From Eledone cirrhosa (lineage: Eukaryota): a stretch of 64,000 nt of DNA. This document shows positions 41,500 through 53,951 of this stretch, in pieces (the first letter of the stretch is position 1; every line of letters begins with the position of its first letter). A program made the position numbers and the translations under genes. The notes under the pieces are model-generated. The model was not told the DNA's origin, did not search any database, and worked only from the letters and a program-made list of their open reading frames with translations. Where the stretch lies: assembly GCA_964016885.1 (NCBI GenBank), contig OZ024740.1, positions 82,832,001 through 82,896,000 of the forward strand, given 5' to 3'.

Positions 41500-41644
41500 A
41501 GAAACATTGCTTCAATTTTACATATCTAAGCATTAGTAAAATAACTAATAATTTCAAAAGTAATTTTTCAATTCCAATTGTTATGAACAGCAAAATATTA
41601 ATAATAATTTTGTTCTAAGACATATATATACATTTCTGTGTGAG

Positions 41645-41681
<37 letters not shown>

Positions 41682-41764
41682 CACAGAAATATATATACAT
41701 TTCTGTGTGTGTAATATATATATATATATACATACACAGAAATATATATACATTTGTGTGTGTG

Positions 41765-41825
<61 letters not shown>

Positions 41826-41894
41826 TTACTTTCAGAAGAATCCGTTAAGGGTGAAAGCAGCGATTCTTTGTTTAAACTTTAATCTTTTATTTTA

Positions 41895-41962
<68 letters not shown>

Positions 41963-42014
41963 TTTATGAATTTGTTTAGCAAGATTATTTATCTGAAATC
42001 GTGTGTTGAAACCG

Positions 42015-42249
42015 ATATTGTTATACTTTGGGAGGGTCATGTTGCCAATAAGAAACACACGCACCAGTTGCTTTCACTTCAATTTATTGTATATTTATAA
42101 ATTTATAAATTTACAAATCTACAAACTTATAAATTTCTGGATGGTTGGTTGGTTCCACAACCAGATAGTTGTTTATATATATATATAAATTGAAGTGAAA
42201 GCAACTGGTGCGTGTGTTTCTTATTGGCAACATGACCCTCCCAAAGTAT

Positions 42250-42257
<8 letters not shown>
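42015..42257. repeat. fold-back element with ~73 bp arms sharing the PLE terminus
   Basis: Ends ATGACCCTCCCAAAGTATAACAATAT, nearly identical to 10382-10407. Confidence 0.9.
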
Positions 42258-42291
<34 letters not shown>

Positions 42292-43234
42292 GTACGTATG
42301 TAATATATTAATAATATATATATAATATATGTATATATAATATATAATATATATATATATATGTTAATAAATACGAAGAAATATTTATACTATTGCACAC
42401 ACATATAATATATATGTTATGTCGTCGACCACTGATTCCAACAACCAGCGTTCTAGGCCAGCACGTGACACCTGCGTTCCCAGCCATGGCACGCGCTACC
42501 TTGGAGTAGTTACCATGGAGATCTAGCCAGACACAGCCGAGTTCTTTGAATTTACAGACGACAAATTTAAGACTGGCTTTTGTTGCTTTAACCAACTCAC
42601 TGGGGCTGAGCATATAATACATATATATATGTGTGTGTGTGTTATATGTGCGCGTATGCGTGTGTGTGTGTGTATTATATGTGTGTGTGTTATATGTGTG
42701 TGTGTTTGTGTGTGTGTATGTGTATGTGTATGTGTGTGCGTGTGGGTGTTATATATGTGTGTGTGTGTCATATGTGTGTGTATGTGTGTGCGTGTGTGTG
42801 TTTTATATATGGGTGTGTGTTATATGTGTGTGTGTATATATAATATATATATAGATATATACTATATATATATATATTATATAAATATATTATATATGTA
42901 TATTATGTGTCTCTCTATATATATACATATATATAGGTTTAAGTGTGTATGTGCATGTGTACGTGTGTGTTAGCGTGTGTGCATATGTGCGTATGTATGA
43001 GTGGGTGTATGGTATGTGTGATAGCGTATGTGTTTGTATGCGTGTGTGTCTGCCTGTGCGTGTGTCTGTGTGTATCTGTGTAAGTGTTTGTGTGTGTGTG
43101 TACAGGAAAACATGTTTCCTAAAATATGTATGTATGCTTAATTTTTCTTAAAAATTATGAACTGGTTCTTCCTGTCAGAGATAATAATCTGATTTGAGAA
43201 TAATGCATCTCAAAATATGACATGGACATGGGTG

Positions 43235-43267
<33 letters not shown>

Positions 43268-43309
43268 CTGTGTTTGTGTGTGTGTGTTTGTGTGTGTTAA
43301 ATATATATC

Positions 43310-43350
43310 GACTAGCAGAAAACCACCCACACGGTGGTTTTCTGCTAGTC
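43310..43350. repeat. perfect 18 bp hairpin
   Basis: GACTAGCAGAAAACCACC-CACAC-GGTGGTTTTCTGCTAGTC. Confidence 0.9.
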
Positions 43351-43524
43351 TATATATCTAAAACAGAGAATGTATGTCTGTCTGTCTGACTACCTAAAAC
43401 ACGACAACCACTCGACCGATTGTTTTCAAACTTTACACATGTAATACTTATGATGGTGTGAGTGTTTTAAGCAAGAAATATTACGAATTTTCAATGTCCT
43501 CCAGACCACATTAGGCGAAACGGC

Positions 43525-43620
<96 letters not shown>

Positions 43621-43774
43621 TCTTAGTCTTTCTTTTTAGATAGATACATAGATATAACGTTGCGTCCTTAACATATATGTCTGTATGTCTGGGTGTCTGC
43701 ATTATGACGCTGTGTGTGTATATGTATATATAGCGTGTGTAGATATGTATATATAGTGTGTGTATTTATGTATG

Positions 43775-43807
<33 letters not shown>

Positions 43808-44160
43808 ATATAGTGTGTAACGTTTTTCGAAATATTTCGAAATATGTCTGGCTCTCTGCATTACGACATTATGACGCTAGATGTATGTGTGTGTTTATAT
43901 GCATATATAGTGTGTGTGTATATATATAGTGTGTAACATTTTTTGAAATATAAACATCTGCGTTCACAGATTGATTTTTTTAGTTTCAGAAGATCCCGTT
44001 AAGGGTGAAAGCACCGATTATTTGCTTAAACTTCAATTGCATACACAATGACAAAATATAAACAAAGTATTTATTTCACGAGGCTCGATAAGGATAAATA
44101 TATATCGAATATATAAGAACGCTAGAGTAAATCCCGAGCAACGCCTGGCCATTCTGTTAG
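43349..44160 (+). mobile_element. Helitron-like non-autonomous element
   Basis: Starts TCTATATATCTAAAACAGAGAATGTATGTCTGTCTG, ends GAGCAACGCCTGGCCATTCTGTTAG. Confidence 0.5.
43982..44032 (+). ncRNA. hammerhead-topology motif with CAGAAGA core
   Basis: AGTTT-CAGAAGA-TCCCGTTAAGGGT-GAA-AGCA..TGCT-T-AAACT; all three stems can form. Confidence 0.55.
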
Positions 44161-44654
44161 TATCTACTAAATTAAATTGTTTACATAAACTACGATTAAA
44201 TATGTACGAAATTAGTCATTTATATTTTCTTCTTTATTATATAGTTATATAATTCTTTTCTCATCTTCATATATCTATATATCTCCTATTATAGTATATA
44301 ATTTAATCTGACGGTCAACATTTGTTTTTGTTTTTATTTTTATTTATTTTACCAATCCAAAGTCATCATACTCACGCCAATTTGAAAACATCAATACATA
44401 TTGCAAAATGTCTCCCACTCATATAATACCTTCTCTGTTGAGGTTTTTATACCTCATATGCTTGTTGGATACCGATATGAACAACAGCTCTCTGACTACC
44501 AGCATATCAAATGACTTCTACATCTCCAGTGGAGATTGTCTGAAGAGAACATCTTTTGGCTTATGTTATACATAAACCTTACATCTTCGAAATACTTATA
44601 ATAGAATAAATTGGGAGGGCTAAAGTAACTGTCTTTCGTTTATTATTATTATTA

Positions 44655-44832
44655 ATTGGCAGTATCGGTAGAGGGATGGACGCCATGCTATCTAGCATAG
44701 TTACGTCCCATTACGATCTGAGTTCAAATTAAGTCGAGGTTAACTTTGCCTTTCATCCTTACGGGGTCGATGACATAAAGTACCAGTAATATAATTGCTG
44801 GCCTTGTGCCAAAAGTAGAAACAATTATTATT
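44655..44832 (+). mobile_element. SINE
   Basis: Head, core and tail; flanked by ATT repeats. Confidence 0.85.
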
Positions 44833-45790
44833 GTTCTTTGAGTCTCAGGCATTGATTGTTATTTAACTGGAATGTTTGTTGAAATTAATATTAAGCTGCT
44901 ACCTGCGGCCTCAGACATTCAGGACGTATTGGAGGGTCCTTGGTGTTCCCAGCAAACATGCCTTTTGAAATGTTCCAAAAAGCGGGGCTGCACTAATTTT
45001 CTTAACCATCCTTTGAAAATCTTTGAGATAGTATCGAGTGCACCTATGACAATCGGGACCACTTTGACTTCATGACAGTTCCAAATCCTTTTTAAATCGC
45101 ACTTTAAATCCTAGTATCGGTTAATTTTCTCCCTCTCCTTTTCTTGTACTCTCGTGTCAAATGGGCATGCTACATCTACAATCAGGCACGATCTTTTTTC
45201 CTTGTCCACAACCACCAGGTCAGGCCTATTGTGTTCTACTTTCTTGTCCGTCTGTATCCTAAAATCCCACAGCACCTTCACCTGATCGTTTTCTATCACC
45301 GACTCTGGTTTATGCTCATACCACTTCTCAGAATGTGGTAAATTGTTTACTTTGCATAGATGCCAGCGGATCACCCTGCCTATCACATCATGTCTCCAGC
45401 CTTTATAGTGAGTCTGGGCTAGGTGTTTACACTCGGTTACAATGTGAGCCACAGTCTCCTCTTTCTCTCCACAGTTCCTACACAGTCAGCTAGTCTCCTC
45501 CATGTCAATATGGTGTTTCACCTACTTCGTTCTGAGGGCTGGCTCTTGCGCAGCTATTAGCATTCCTTCTGTAGATTTTTAAAGGTTGCTCTTCCTCCTT
45601 GTTGGCATTTCCTCCTTGGACATCCCTGCTCTATTGCTGTTTTTGATTTTAGCTATGCTAAGCTTGTAGTCATAGCCACGAGGTAGATAGCGGGTGTTGC
45701 GTTCAAAACTTTTGAAATTTGTTTTTCTTTTGATGTTGCTTTTATTTATGTCTGTGTTATGTTCTGTAACTTTTTCACTTGTTGCTTATC
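44833..45790 (-). mobile_element. R4/Dong-like RLE retrotransposon, family A, deleted copy
   Basis: CCHC plus RHD, VLWDFRIQTD..NRPDLVVVD..DVACP; near-identical to 48641-49400; assignment of 45600-45790 as 5' UTR is uncertain. Confidence 0.78.
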
Positions 45791-45805
45791 ATTATTATTA
45801 TTATG

Positions 45806-46020
45806 CCCCCGAGGTTAACTTTGCCTTTCATCCTTACGGGGTCGATAAAATAATGTACCAGTAATGCACTGGGTAATTGCTGGCCTTGTGCCTAACGCAG
45901 AAACAATTATTATTATTATGGTTTGCCTTACATCCTTACAGGGTCTATAAAATAAAGTACCAGTAATGTACTGGGTAATTGCTGGCCTTGTGCCAAAAGT
46001 AGAAACAATTATTATTATTA
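45806..46020 (+). mobile_element. two tandem 5'-truncated SINEs
   Basis: Core plus tail twice, separated by (ATT)n. Confidence 0.85.
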
Positions 46021-46021
46021 T

Positions 46022-48596
46022 GGTTGACGGGGGTTCGGCTCTGTAAGGTATTGTAATTTTTAACCGTTATACAATTTGTATATTGTTTAAAACTTGCACC
46101 AAATTGTAGATAAAGACACCCTCCTCCTCGTGAGAGGGGTCTTTCTGCCCGTAATTTGACCCTTCGGGGTTAAATAACCAGTTATCGGGGATTTGTGCCC
46201 AATATTCATTTTAAACAGTAAAAAAACATGGCTACAATAAGGAATTTTCACAAGTTACTCTCACTCCTTCCGTCTTCTCCTTCCCCAGTCGTCATTACAT
46301 CAGAGAAAAGATTGTCTCTCTCCCTCCCTTCTCTAAATGTGGTGTCGCCTCTGTCGCCTCTTTCGAAGCGAGGCCATTAAAGAAAAAGAAAAATGAGTTT
46401 CTCGTAACGTTATTCATCAAGAGAACGCGTGTGCCGTGGAACATTTCTCCACAACGACGACGACGACAGATGTGTGCGGTAAATACGGAGAGCCATTTCA
46501 TTCGTCTGACGTCATGAAGAATAGCAGCAACAGCGGCGGCGGCGGTCGTAGTACCAGCAGCAGAACAAAAGTAACAGCAGCATTAACGACAACAACAAGA
46601 AAGAAAAACCAATTTCGTTTGCAATAACCTGGAAACCATCCATATAACAATTGAAAAATTACAGGAAGTAAGGAAGAAATTAACGAAAATCGGACACCGA
46701 GCAATCTGCAAAACAGTCGAAGAATTTTTCGTAATCCAACAGGAGGCACAAAATCACGTGTGGTTGAAAGAGCCACAGAGGCTCAAATAGGCTCAATTAC
46801 AAAAAGCCTTAAGATCTGTGGGGCAGCGCAAACCGCATATCACTCGAGGCAAGAAATATGCCACCGCGGACGTGATTTTTGCCACACCCCAGGAGGCAAA
46901 GGCTCAATCCTTAGTGACCCTAAGGAGCGAAGAAATGGTTTTGGTGCCCTCCTCCTGCGGGCAAAAAATTGTGATAGTCGAACTGACCCAAGCCCCCAGG
47001 ATGGCCCCTTCTTGACTGGCCGCGTCTGTCCTCGTCGGAATCGAGGACAAAACAACAGTACTGCAACTACAGAAAAAAGTACGAGAAGATTGGGTCGGCG
47101 CCTCCAATGAGATGTTAATTCAAACCGACCAGGGGGGTATCGAAGCTATCCCGGAAGTGCTAGACTTCAATAACGGCACTCAACTGGCCATAAGTTTTGA
47201 GGGCTTTCGCTGTGGGTCGAACGCTCATCTCAGGTTCTTCTGCAATGAGAAGTCCTTCTGGGACCGGCTCCACTGCTACCAGCAACAGAGCAGGCGGCAG
47301 GCAGGAAGGACAGGTCCGTGGCAACCATACCTGCGCCACGGAATTCAAGAACAGCAGCAGTGGAAGTATTAACAACAACAATAGTAATATCAACTGCAGC
47401 TGCAACAGAGACTCCACTGCAACCATCACCAACAAAAACAAGTGAAAGCGTGGAGCTGGTACCCCTCCCCGCCCTAACAGAATCGGACATGGAGTGTGAG
47501 GTGGGAGAGGGATGGCAAAATGTTGCGACATCTCTGGGGCTTCCTTAGCGCTGAACAGGTGTGGTCGCCATTCGCCAGGCACGTTTTCCCACAGCTCGTC
47601 TCCTTGACGGAGCTGCAGTCCTGGGTCACGAAAAGACCGAGAGATAGCGCTTGGAAATTGGAATGTCTCCAGGCGCTCACTGCCCTCTTCCAGCTGGACA
47701 CCAGTATCGGTGGAATATTCACCTCGGCGTTCTATAGAGGACTAGTGGAGGTGAAGAGCGACGACGTTCTCGGAGAGATCCTGGGCGTCGAAGAAGTTCA
47801 GCTGTTTGCTCTTTTCCGGAGAAACTTCAGCCTAGGGCCTATGGATAACTTCCAAACATCCCTGGCCTGGCAGTGCTACCTGGGAGCGTTGTCGGTTCGA
47901 GATGAGCTCTATAGGGACGGAAGTGCCGACAGCCAAGCCTGTCCGAGATACGCGCAGAGCGACGAAACCGTTGTGCACGCACTCGTTCAGTCTCCGAGCA
48001 TTGCTGACTTGTGGGGTTATGTCGCACATTTGCTGTCAGGTGTACGACTGATCCGGTTATCGACTGAGACCATTGTGCAGATGGTGTCGCCGTCTACCTT
48101 CGAGGAGGAAGGGGAGGCGCTTTTCATCTGCCCGGTGGACATGGCGAAAGAGATTGTGTGGTGGACAAGGTTGAACGGGTTAAAGACAGAAACTTTCCTC
48201 TTTGGCGAATCCCTAGTTAACTTTTTCAAGTTTCACTTGAAGAGGAAATCAGGGTGGAGAGGCAAGTTCTGCGGGACCCCTCTGAATATACGCTTGTAGT
48301 TTGAGAGATGGAAAAATTGAAAGAGGGCACTTGTTCCGCTGGTCAGGGTGGCCGTGGTCTTTTGTGTGGTTTTCGCCACGAGTAACCCTCGGAGGTTTCC
48401 CCCCCTATTGGGGAATTTTTCATTGTTTTAATTTTCATTTTTATTGTTTAAATATATATATATGTTTCTATGTCTTTTTCTTTTTCTTTTCTCATATAAA
48501 TAATAAAAATCTTTACACGAACAAAACCCGTCCTGTACTGTCCAGTGCCGTCTGTAATGTTTTTCTTTATGTCAGCCATTGTGGCCAATGAAGAAA

Positions 48597-48598
<2 letters not shown>
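46022..48598 (+). mobile_element. internally deleted Tx1/L1-like LINE (ORF1 joined to ORF2 C-terminus)
   Basis: 46818-47015 (ITRGKKYATADVIFATPQEAK) homologous to 56617-56802; 47520-48598 homologous to 60480-61569; APE and RT absent. Confidence 0.8.
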
Positions 48599-48640
<42 letters not shown>

Positions 48641-49944
48641 GTTCTTTGAGTCTCAGTCATTGATGTTAGTTAACTGGAAAGTTCGTTGAAATGAATATCA
48701 AGCCACTACCTGTAGCCTCAGATATTCAGGACGTATCGGAGGGTTCTTGCTGTTCCCAGCAAGCATGCCTTTTGAAGCGTTCCAAAAAGCGTGAAGGGGC
48801 CAATTTTCTTTAACCATCCCTGGAAACTTTTTGAGATAGTCCCTAGTGCGCCTATGACAATCGGGATCACTTTGACTTCATGGCAGTTCCAAATCCTTTT
48901 TACATCCCACTTTAAGTCCTGGTATCGGTTAATTTTCTCCCTCTCCTTCTCTTGCACTCTCGTGTCGAATGGGAAGGCCACATCCAAAATCAGACACGAT
49001 CTTTTTTCTTTGTCCACAACCACCAGGTCAGGCCTATTGTGTTCCAGTTTCTTGTCCGTCTGTATCCTAAAATCCCACAGCACCTTCACCTGATCGTTTT
49101 CTATCACCGACTCTGGCTTATGGTCATACCACTTCTCAGAATGTGGTAAATTGTTTACTTTGCATAGGTGCCAGTGGTTCGCCCTGCCCATCACATCATG
49201 TCTCCAGCCCTTATAGTGAGTCTGGGCTAGGTGTTTACACTCGGATACAATGTGAGCCACAGTCTCCTCTCTCTCTCCACAGATCCTGCACAGTGGGCTA
49301 GCCTCCTCGTTGTAAATATGGTGTTTCAACCACTTCGTTTTGACGGTCTGCTCCTGCGCAGCCATTAACATTCCTTCTGTAGCCTTTTTAAGGTCTCCTC
49401 TTTTCAACCAGTTCCATGTCTGTGGATCTCTAAATTCGGTTTTCTCAAAGAAGGTACTATGAAGGGATTTTTCCTGAAGGCTGCTTTTCTCCTTGATGTT
49501 ATTTCCTCCTTGGAATCCCCTGGCCTATTGTCCCCTCCTTCAGTACAGTTCTGAGCATTGGCTCCTTACTATCAGTCACGTATTTGTGAAGGTTGATCTT
49601 CTCCATCTGAACACAGTCCTCTATGCTGATAAGACCTCTTCCACCTTCAGATCTCCTTAAGTAGAGTCTATCGACATCACTCCTCTTGTGGAACATGTTG
49701 TAGATAGTCAATAGCTTCCTAGTCTTCCTATCCATTTCCTTTTGTTCAACAACATTTCATCTCAGAATTCCCGCACTATACCTAATAATAGACACAGCTC
49801 TGGAATTTACTGCACTTATGGCATTCCTACTGTTCAGATGTGACTTTAATACGCTCCTTACTCTCCGAATGTATTTAGTTCATATCAATTCCTTCATTTT
49901 TTTGTTCTTGATGTCATCAGCCTCCAGAACACCCAAATACTTGT
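48641..49944 (-). mobile_element. R4/Dong-like RLE retrotransposon, family A, 5'-truncated
   Basis: DVDRLYLRRSEGGRGL; TEGMLMAAQEQ; CRIC..H..C; NRPD..D; (AAT)n tail on its own strand. Confidence 0.88.
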
Positions 49945-49954
49945 TTATTATTAT

Positions 49955-50071
49955 TCCCGCCTAGGTTAACTTTGCCTTTCATCCTTAAGGGGTCGATAAA
50001 ATAAAGTACCAGTAATGTACTGGGTAATTGCTGGCCTTGTGCCAAAAGTAGAAACAATTATTATTATTATT
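49955..50071 (+). mobile_element. SINE, 5'-truncated
   Basis: Core plus (ATT)n tail. Confidence 0.85.
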
Positions 50072-53000
50072 GTTACAGTTGCATTTATCTTGCTTTATGT
50101 TCATACGAGTTATCACCAAGTCACAACCAGTGACCTCAAGAGACAACAAGGTCCGCCATGTCCAAGAAAGAACATACATACTCACACATGCATCTTTAGT
50201 GTTTAGACTTGTGATGTACTTATATTGACAGAATCTTCCTTAGTATATGGGCAGTTCCTATTAGTACTATCCTTTGTATTTCTCCTATACGCGGGTTCCC
50301 TGGGATTTGCGATAAGTAATCATTAGACCTCTTAGGTATCATTCCCAGAGCGCCTACAACCACTGGTATTGTTTTAGTTCTCAATTTCCACATTTTTCCA
50401 ATTTCTATCTCCAGGTCCTTATACTTGCTCAATTTTTCAAATGTTTTTATAGATACATTCTTGTCTATTGGAACAGACATATCAATGAGCAGGCATACCC
50501 TCTTTTTAAAGTCCTTCAATATTATATCAGGTCTATTTGCATCTATTTTTCGGTCTGTTTGGATGCTAAAGTTCCACAAGATTGAGATGTGATCTTTTTC
50601 AAGTATGGGAGGTGGTTGATACTCCCACCAATTCTTTTGATGGGGCAGGTCAAAATGCTTATATATTATCCAATGTATGTATTGTGCAGCTCTGTCATGC
50701 CTGTTTAGGTATTCGGTTGGAGCTATAGGACTGCACATTGAAATGATATGGTCAATGGTCTCTGGTTATTTTTTGGCATACACGGCATAATGGGCTGCAT
50801 CCATTTTTTATTATGTTGGCTTGGTAAATTTTTGTTGGCAGACACTGATCTTGTGCTGATATAATCAGTCCTTCAGTCTCCGATTTCAGTCCAGAGGATG
50901 CCAACCACTGATGGGTTAAAGTTTTGTCAACATCAGGATTGTTAGCTCGCTCTGGGTATTTTCCATACACAGGCTTTTCTTGCCATTTCTTAGCCAGTTT
51001 CTGTAGCAGTTCTTTCTTTGTAGTTACTTTTACCTGCTTTGCTTTTTCTGTGTTTTCCATTGCAGCAGTAAATGGGACTTCTGAAATGTGTAGTCCATTA
51101 CTGTATCTTTGTGCATCTTTTGTAATGGAATATGATCTTTTGATGCTTTCGTGTTTCAAAACGAGTTTGATCATCCAATCATGTGATTCCCTTAGATAAT
51201 GCAATTGTTGCAGTTTTCAACGCAATGTCTAACTGGATTAACCCACGTCCTCCTTCTTTCCTAAGGAGATATATTCTATATATATCTGCCTTAGGGTGAT
51301 GCATTTGTGCATGGTTAAGAATTTTCGAATTTGTGTATCGAGCCTACGGATCTCTGTGCTTGACCAGTTGATGACATTGTAACTGTAGGTTACTACTGGT
51401 ATGGCAAGCGTATTTATGGAATCGATCCTATTCCTTGCACTCAATTCCGTTCTTAAGATTGCTCTTATTCTGCGTTAACATTCCTTCCTTATCCTTTCCC
51501 TCATTGTCGAGTGCTTGATTCCCTCTCCTTCACAAACACCTAGATATTAGTAAGTTTTTTCTTGATCAAGTTCTCTTATCACGTTCCCCCGATCAAGATT
51601 AATGTCTGAACTCTTCAGCAGCTTTCCTCTGGTGAACGTTGCTTTGGCGCATTTATCTTGTCCAAACTCAATTTTAATGTCATCACAGTGGATAATAACC
51701 CTTGCAATTGTTCATCATTTTTTGCAAATAGTTTCAGGTCATCCATGTAGAACAGGTGATTAATGGTTTTGTCATAGACTTTATATCCATGTTTTGTTTC
51801 ATTGAGCATTTTACTTAATGGTATAAGTACGATGCAGAATAAAAGCGGTGATAAAGAGTCACCCTGAAAAATTCCACAATTAATATTAACTTCTCCAGCT
51901 TCCAGTGATTTTGTTTCACTATTCAAAAGGAGTGTCGTTTTCCATGTCTTCATACTGAATGACAAAAACCTCCTGACAACGGGGGATATTTTGAAAATCT
52001 CTAAACATTTTTCAATCCAACTGTGTGGCAAACTATCGAATGCTTTTTTATAATCTATCCAAGCAATCGATAGATTCTTGTGTCTATTATGAGAATCTTC
52101 CAGTATCATTTTGTTAACCAGAAGCTGATACTTCCAGCCATATGAGCCTCGTTTACACCCTTTCTGCTGAATGGGAAATAGGTCATTTGTTATCAGGTGG
52201 TCATATATGTATTCAGTTAGGACTGATGTTAAAATGTTATACATTGTGGTCAAGCAAATTATCGCTCTGTAATTTTTGGGATTGTTTGTCTCATCATTCT
52301 TCGGAAGCAGGAATGTAATGCCGTTAACTAGCCATGATGGTATCTTTTCTGGGTCCTTAACTATTTCATTGTAATTTTGGGCTAACAGCTCATGAGACTC
52401 TGTGATGGCATTTATCCAAAAGTTTTGTATTTTGTCTTTTCCTGGGGATTTCCATTTGCTGGTTTTTCTTAGAACCAAGCGCAACTGTTCAACTGTTATA
52501 TTTTCCCATATTTGTTCCTCAAGGTGCGCTGTATCTTTCATTTGTCTGTCTATCCATGGGCATGTATGTTATGAACTTTTTCTTCGGCCCAGATCTTTTC
52601 CCAGAATTTTTGCACTTCCTCTTTGGGTGGTATTGATTTAGCAGTTATTGTTGATTTACCAATTTTTCTGTAGAAGTTTCTTTGGTTGTTTTTGAACATA
52701 TTATTGTCCTTATAGAATCTAGATCGTTTTTCAAAGCGCCTTATACGAGCAGCTTTGGCCGACACTTTTTGCTTGATTATTTCTATCAGCATGTCTATGT
52801 CACATGTTGATTTTATACTGTACTTTTTTTTCAATTTTCTAAGTTTAGTTTGTTTAACATGTTCACCTACTTTATAGTTTGTTAACATTTCTATGTCAGA
52901 TCGGAGAAGGTTTAATTGGCGATTGATGTCCTCTTGCCAAGTAGAGTTCTTGTGGGAATTCGTTTGTTTTTTCATCTTCACTCCACGTAAGTGAGTGGTG

Positions 53001-53635
53001 ACTTTAGCCGATGCATAATAGAGATGATTTAAATCAGTAATGTTTAGTTTGTTTGTGATGATAATGTTTTTGAGAATTATGTTAGTCTTGTGTTATGTTT
53101 GGAGTTCTGGATCTTAGGGAGGGTGTCTCGTTGCCCCATGTCAGATTCTTTCATTTTTATCCATTCGATCATAATTTCATCCTTCAATTTGGCAAGTTCA
53201 TTCTCATTCATTTCTTTATCATTTACGATCTCATTATTTTCATTTGGAGTTTCATGTTGAGCATGCACTCCCTCCACTTTTTTCGATCCTTTCTTTAATT
53301 TGTCCTGTTGCCAGTGATTCCGCCCCAATCCTGGGATTCAAAGTGTTACAGTTTACCTCGTTTTCACTGACACATGTTTCATTTTCCCTTCGCTGAGTTT
53401 GTGCTAATAGCTTGATCTGATCAATTTCTATATCAGTTAGTAACTTTTTTCGTACAATATTTCTTCGTATATTGGCTAGTTTGTTACTGTCAATATAGCC
53501 TCTGTTTTCGGGATGTTTCTTTTTCGAGTTGATATATGTCTGTTCTGTATTCGATGTATTTGATGGGGAGTACATAGTAGTGTAGAAAGCCTCAAGGACT
53601 TCTTTATTATCTTCCCTTGACCATTTTTCTCCCTT
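50072..53635 (-). mobile_element. R4/Dong-like RLE retrotransposon, family B, near full-length ORF, frameshifted
   Basis: WKSPGKD, NYRAIICL, WIDYKKAFDS, GIFQGDSLSPLLF, HLFYMDDLKL, CCHC, NRPD..D..K. Confidence 0.9.
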
Positions 53636-53692
53636 TTTCTTCTTCTTCTTCTTCTTCCTCTACTTCTTCTTCTTCTTATTATTATTATTATT

Positions 53693-53932
53693 AAAGGTAG
53701 AAAACCGGGAGAGGGCACTTGCCCTGGTGGTCAGGGCCACTGTGGTCTTTTAATGGGCTTTCTCCACAAATGTCCCTTGGAAGTCTCCCCCCTATTGGGG
53801 AATTTTTCTTTGTTATTTTATTTCAACCTCTGTTTTTTTACACGCAGAAATGCCCACTTGTACCGTCCTGTATTGTCCTGTACTGTCCTTAATGTCTACT
53901 TTATGTGAACCCGTGTGGTTAATAAAGAAAAC
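53693..53932 (+). mobile_element. Tx1-like LINE 3' UTR-only insertion
   Basis: Matches 61319-61569; flanked by (ATT)n. Confidence 0.85.
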
Positions 53933-53951
53933 ATTATTATTATTATTATTA

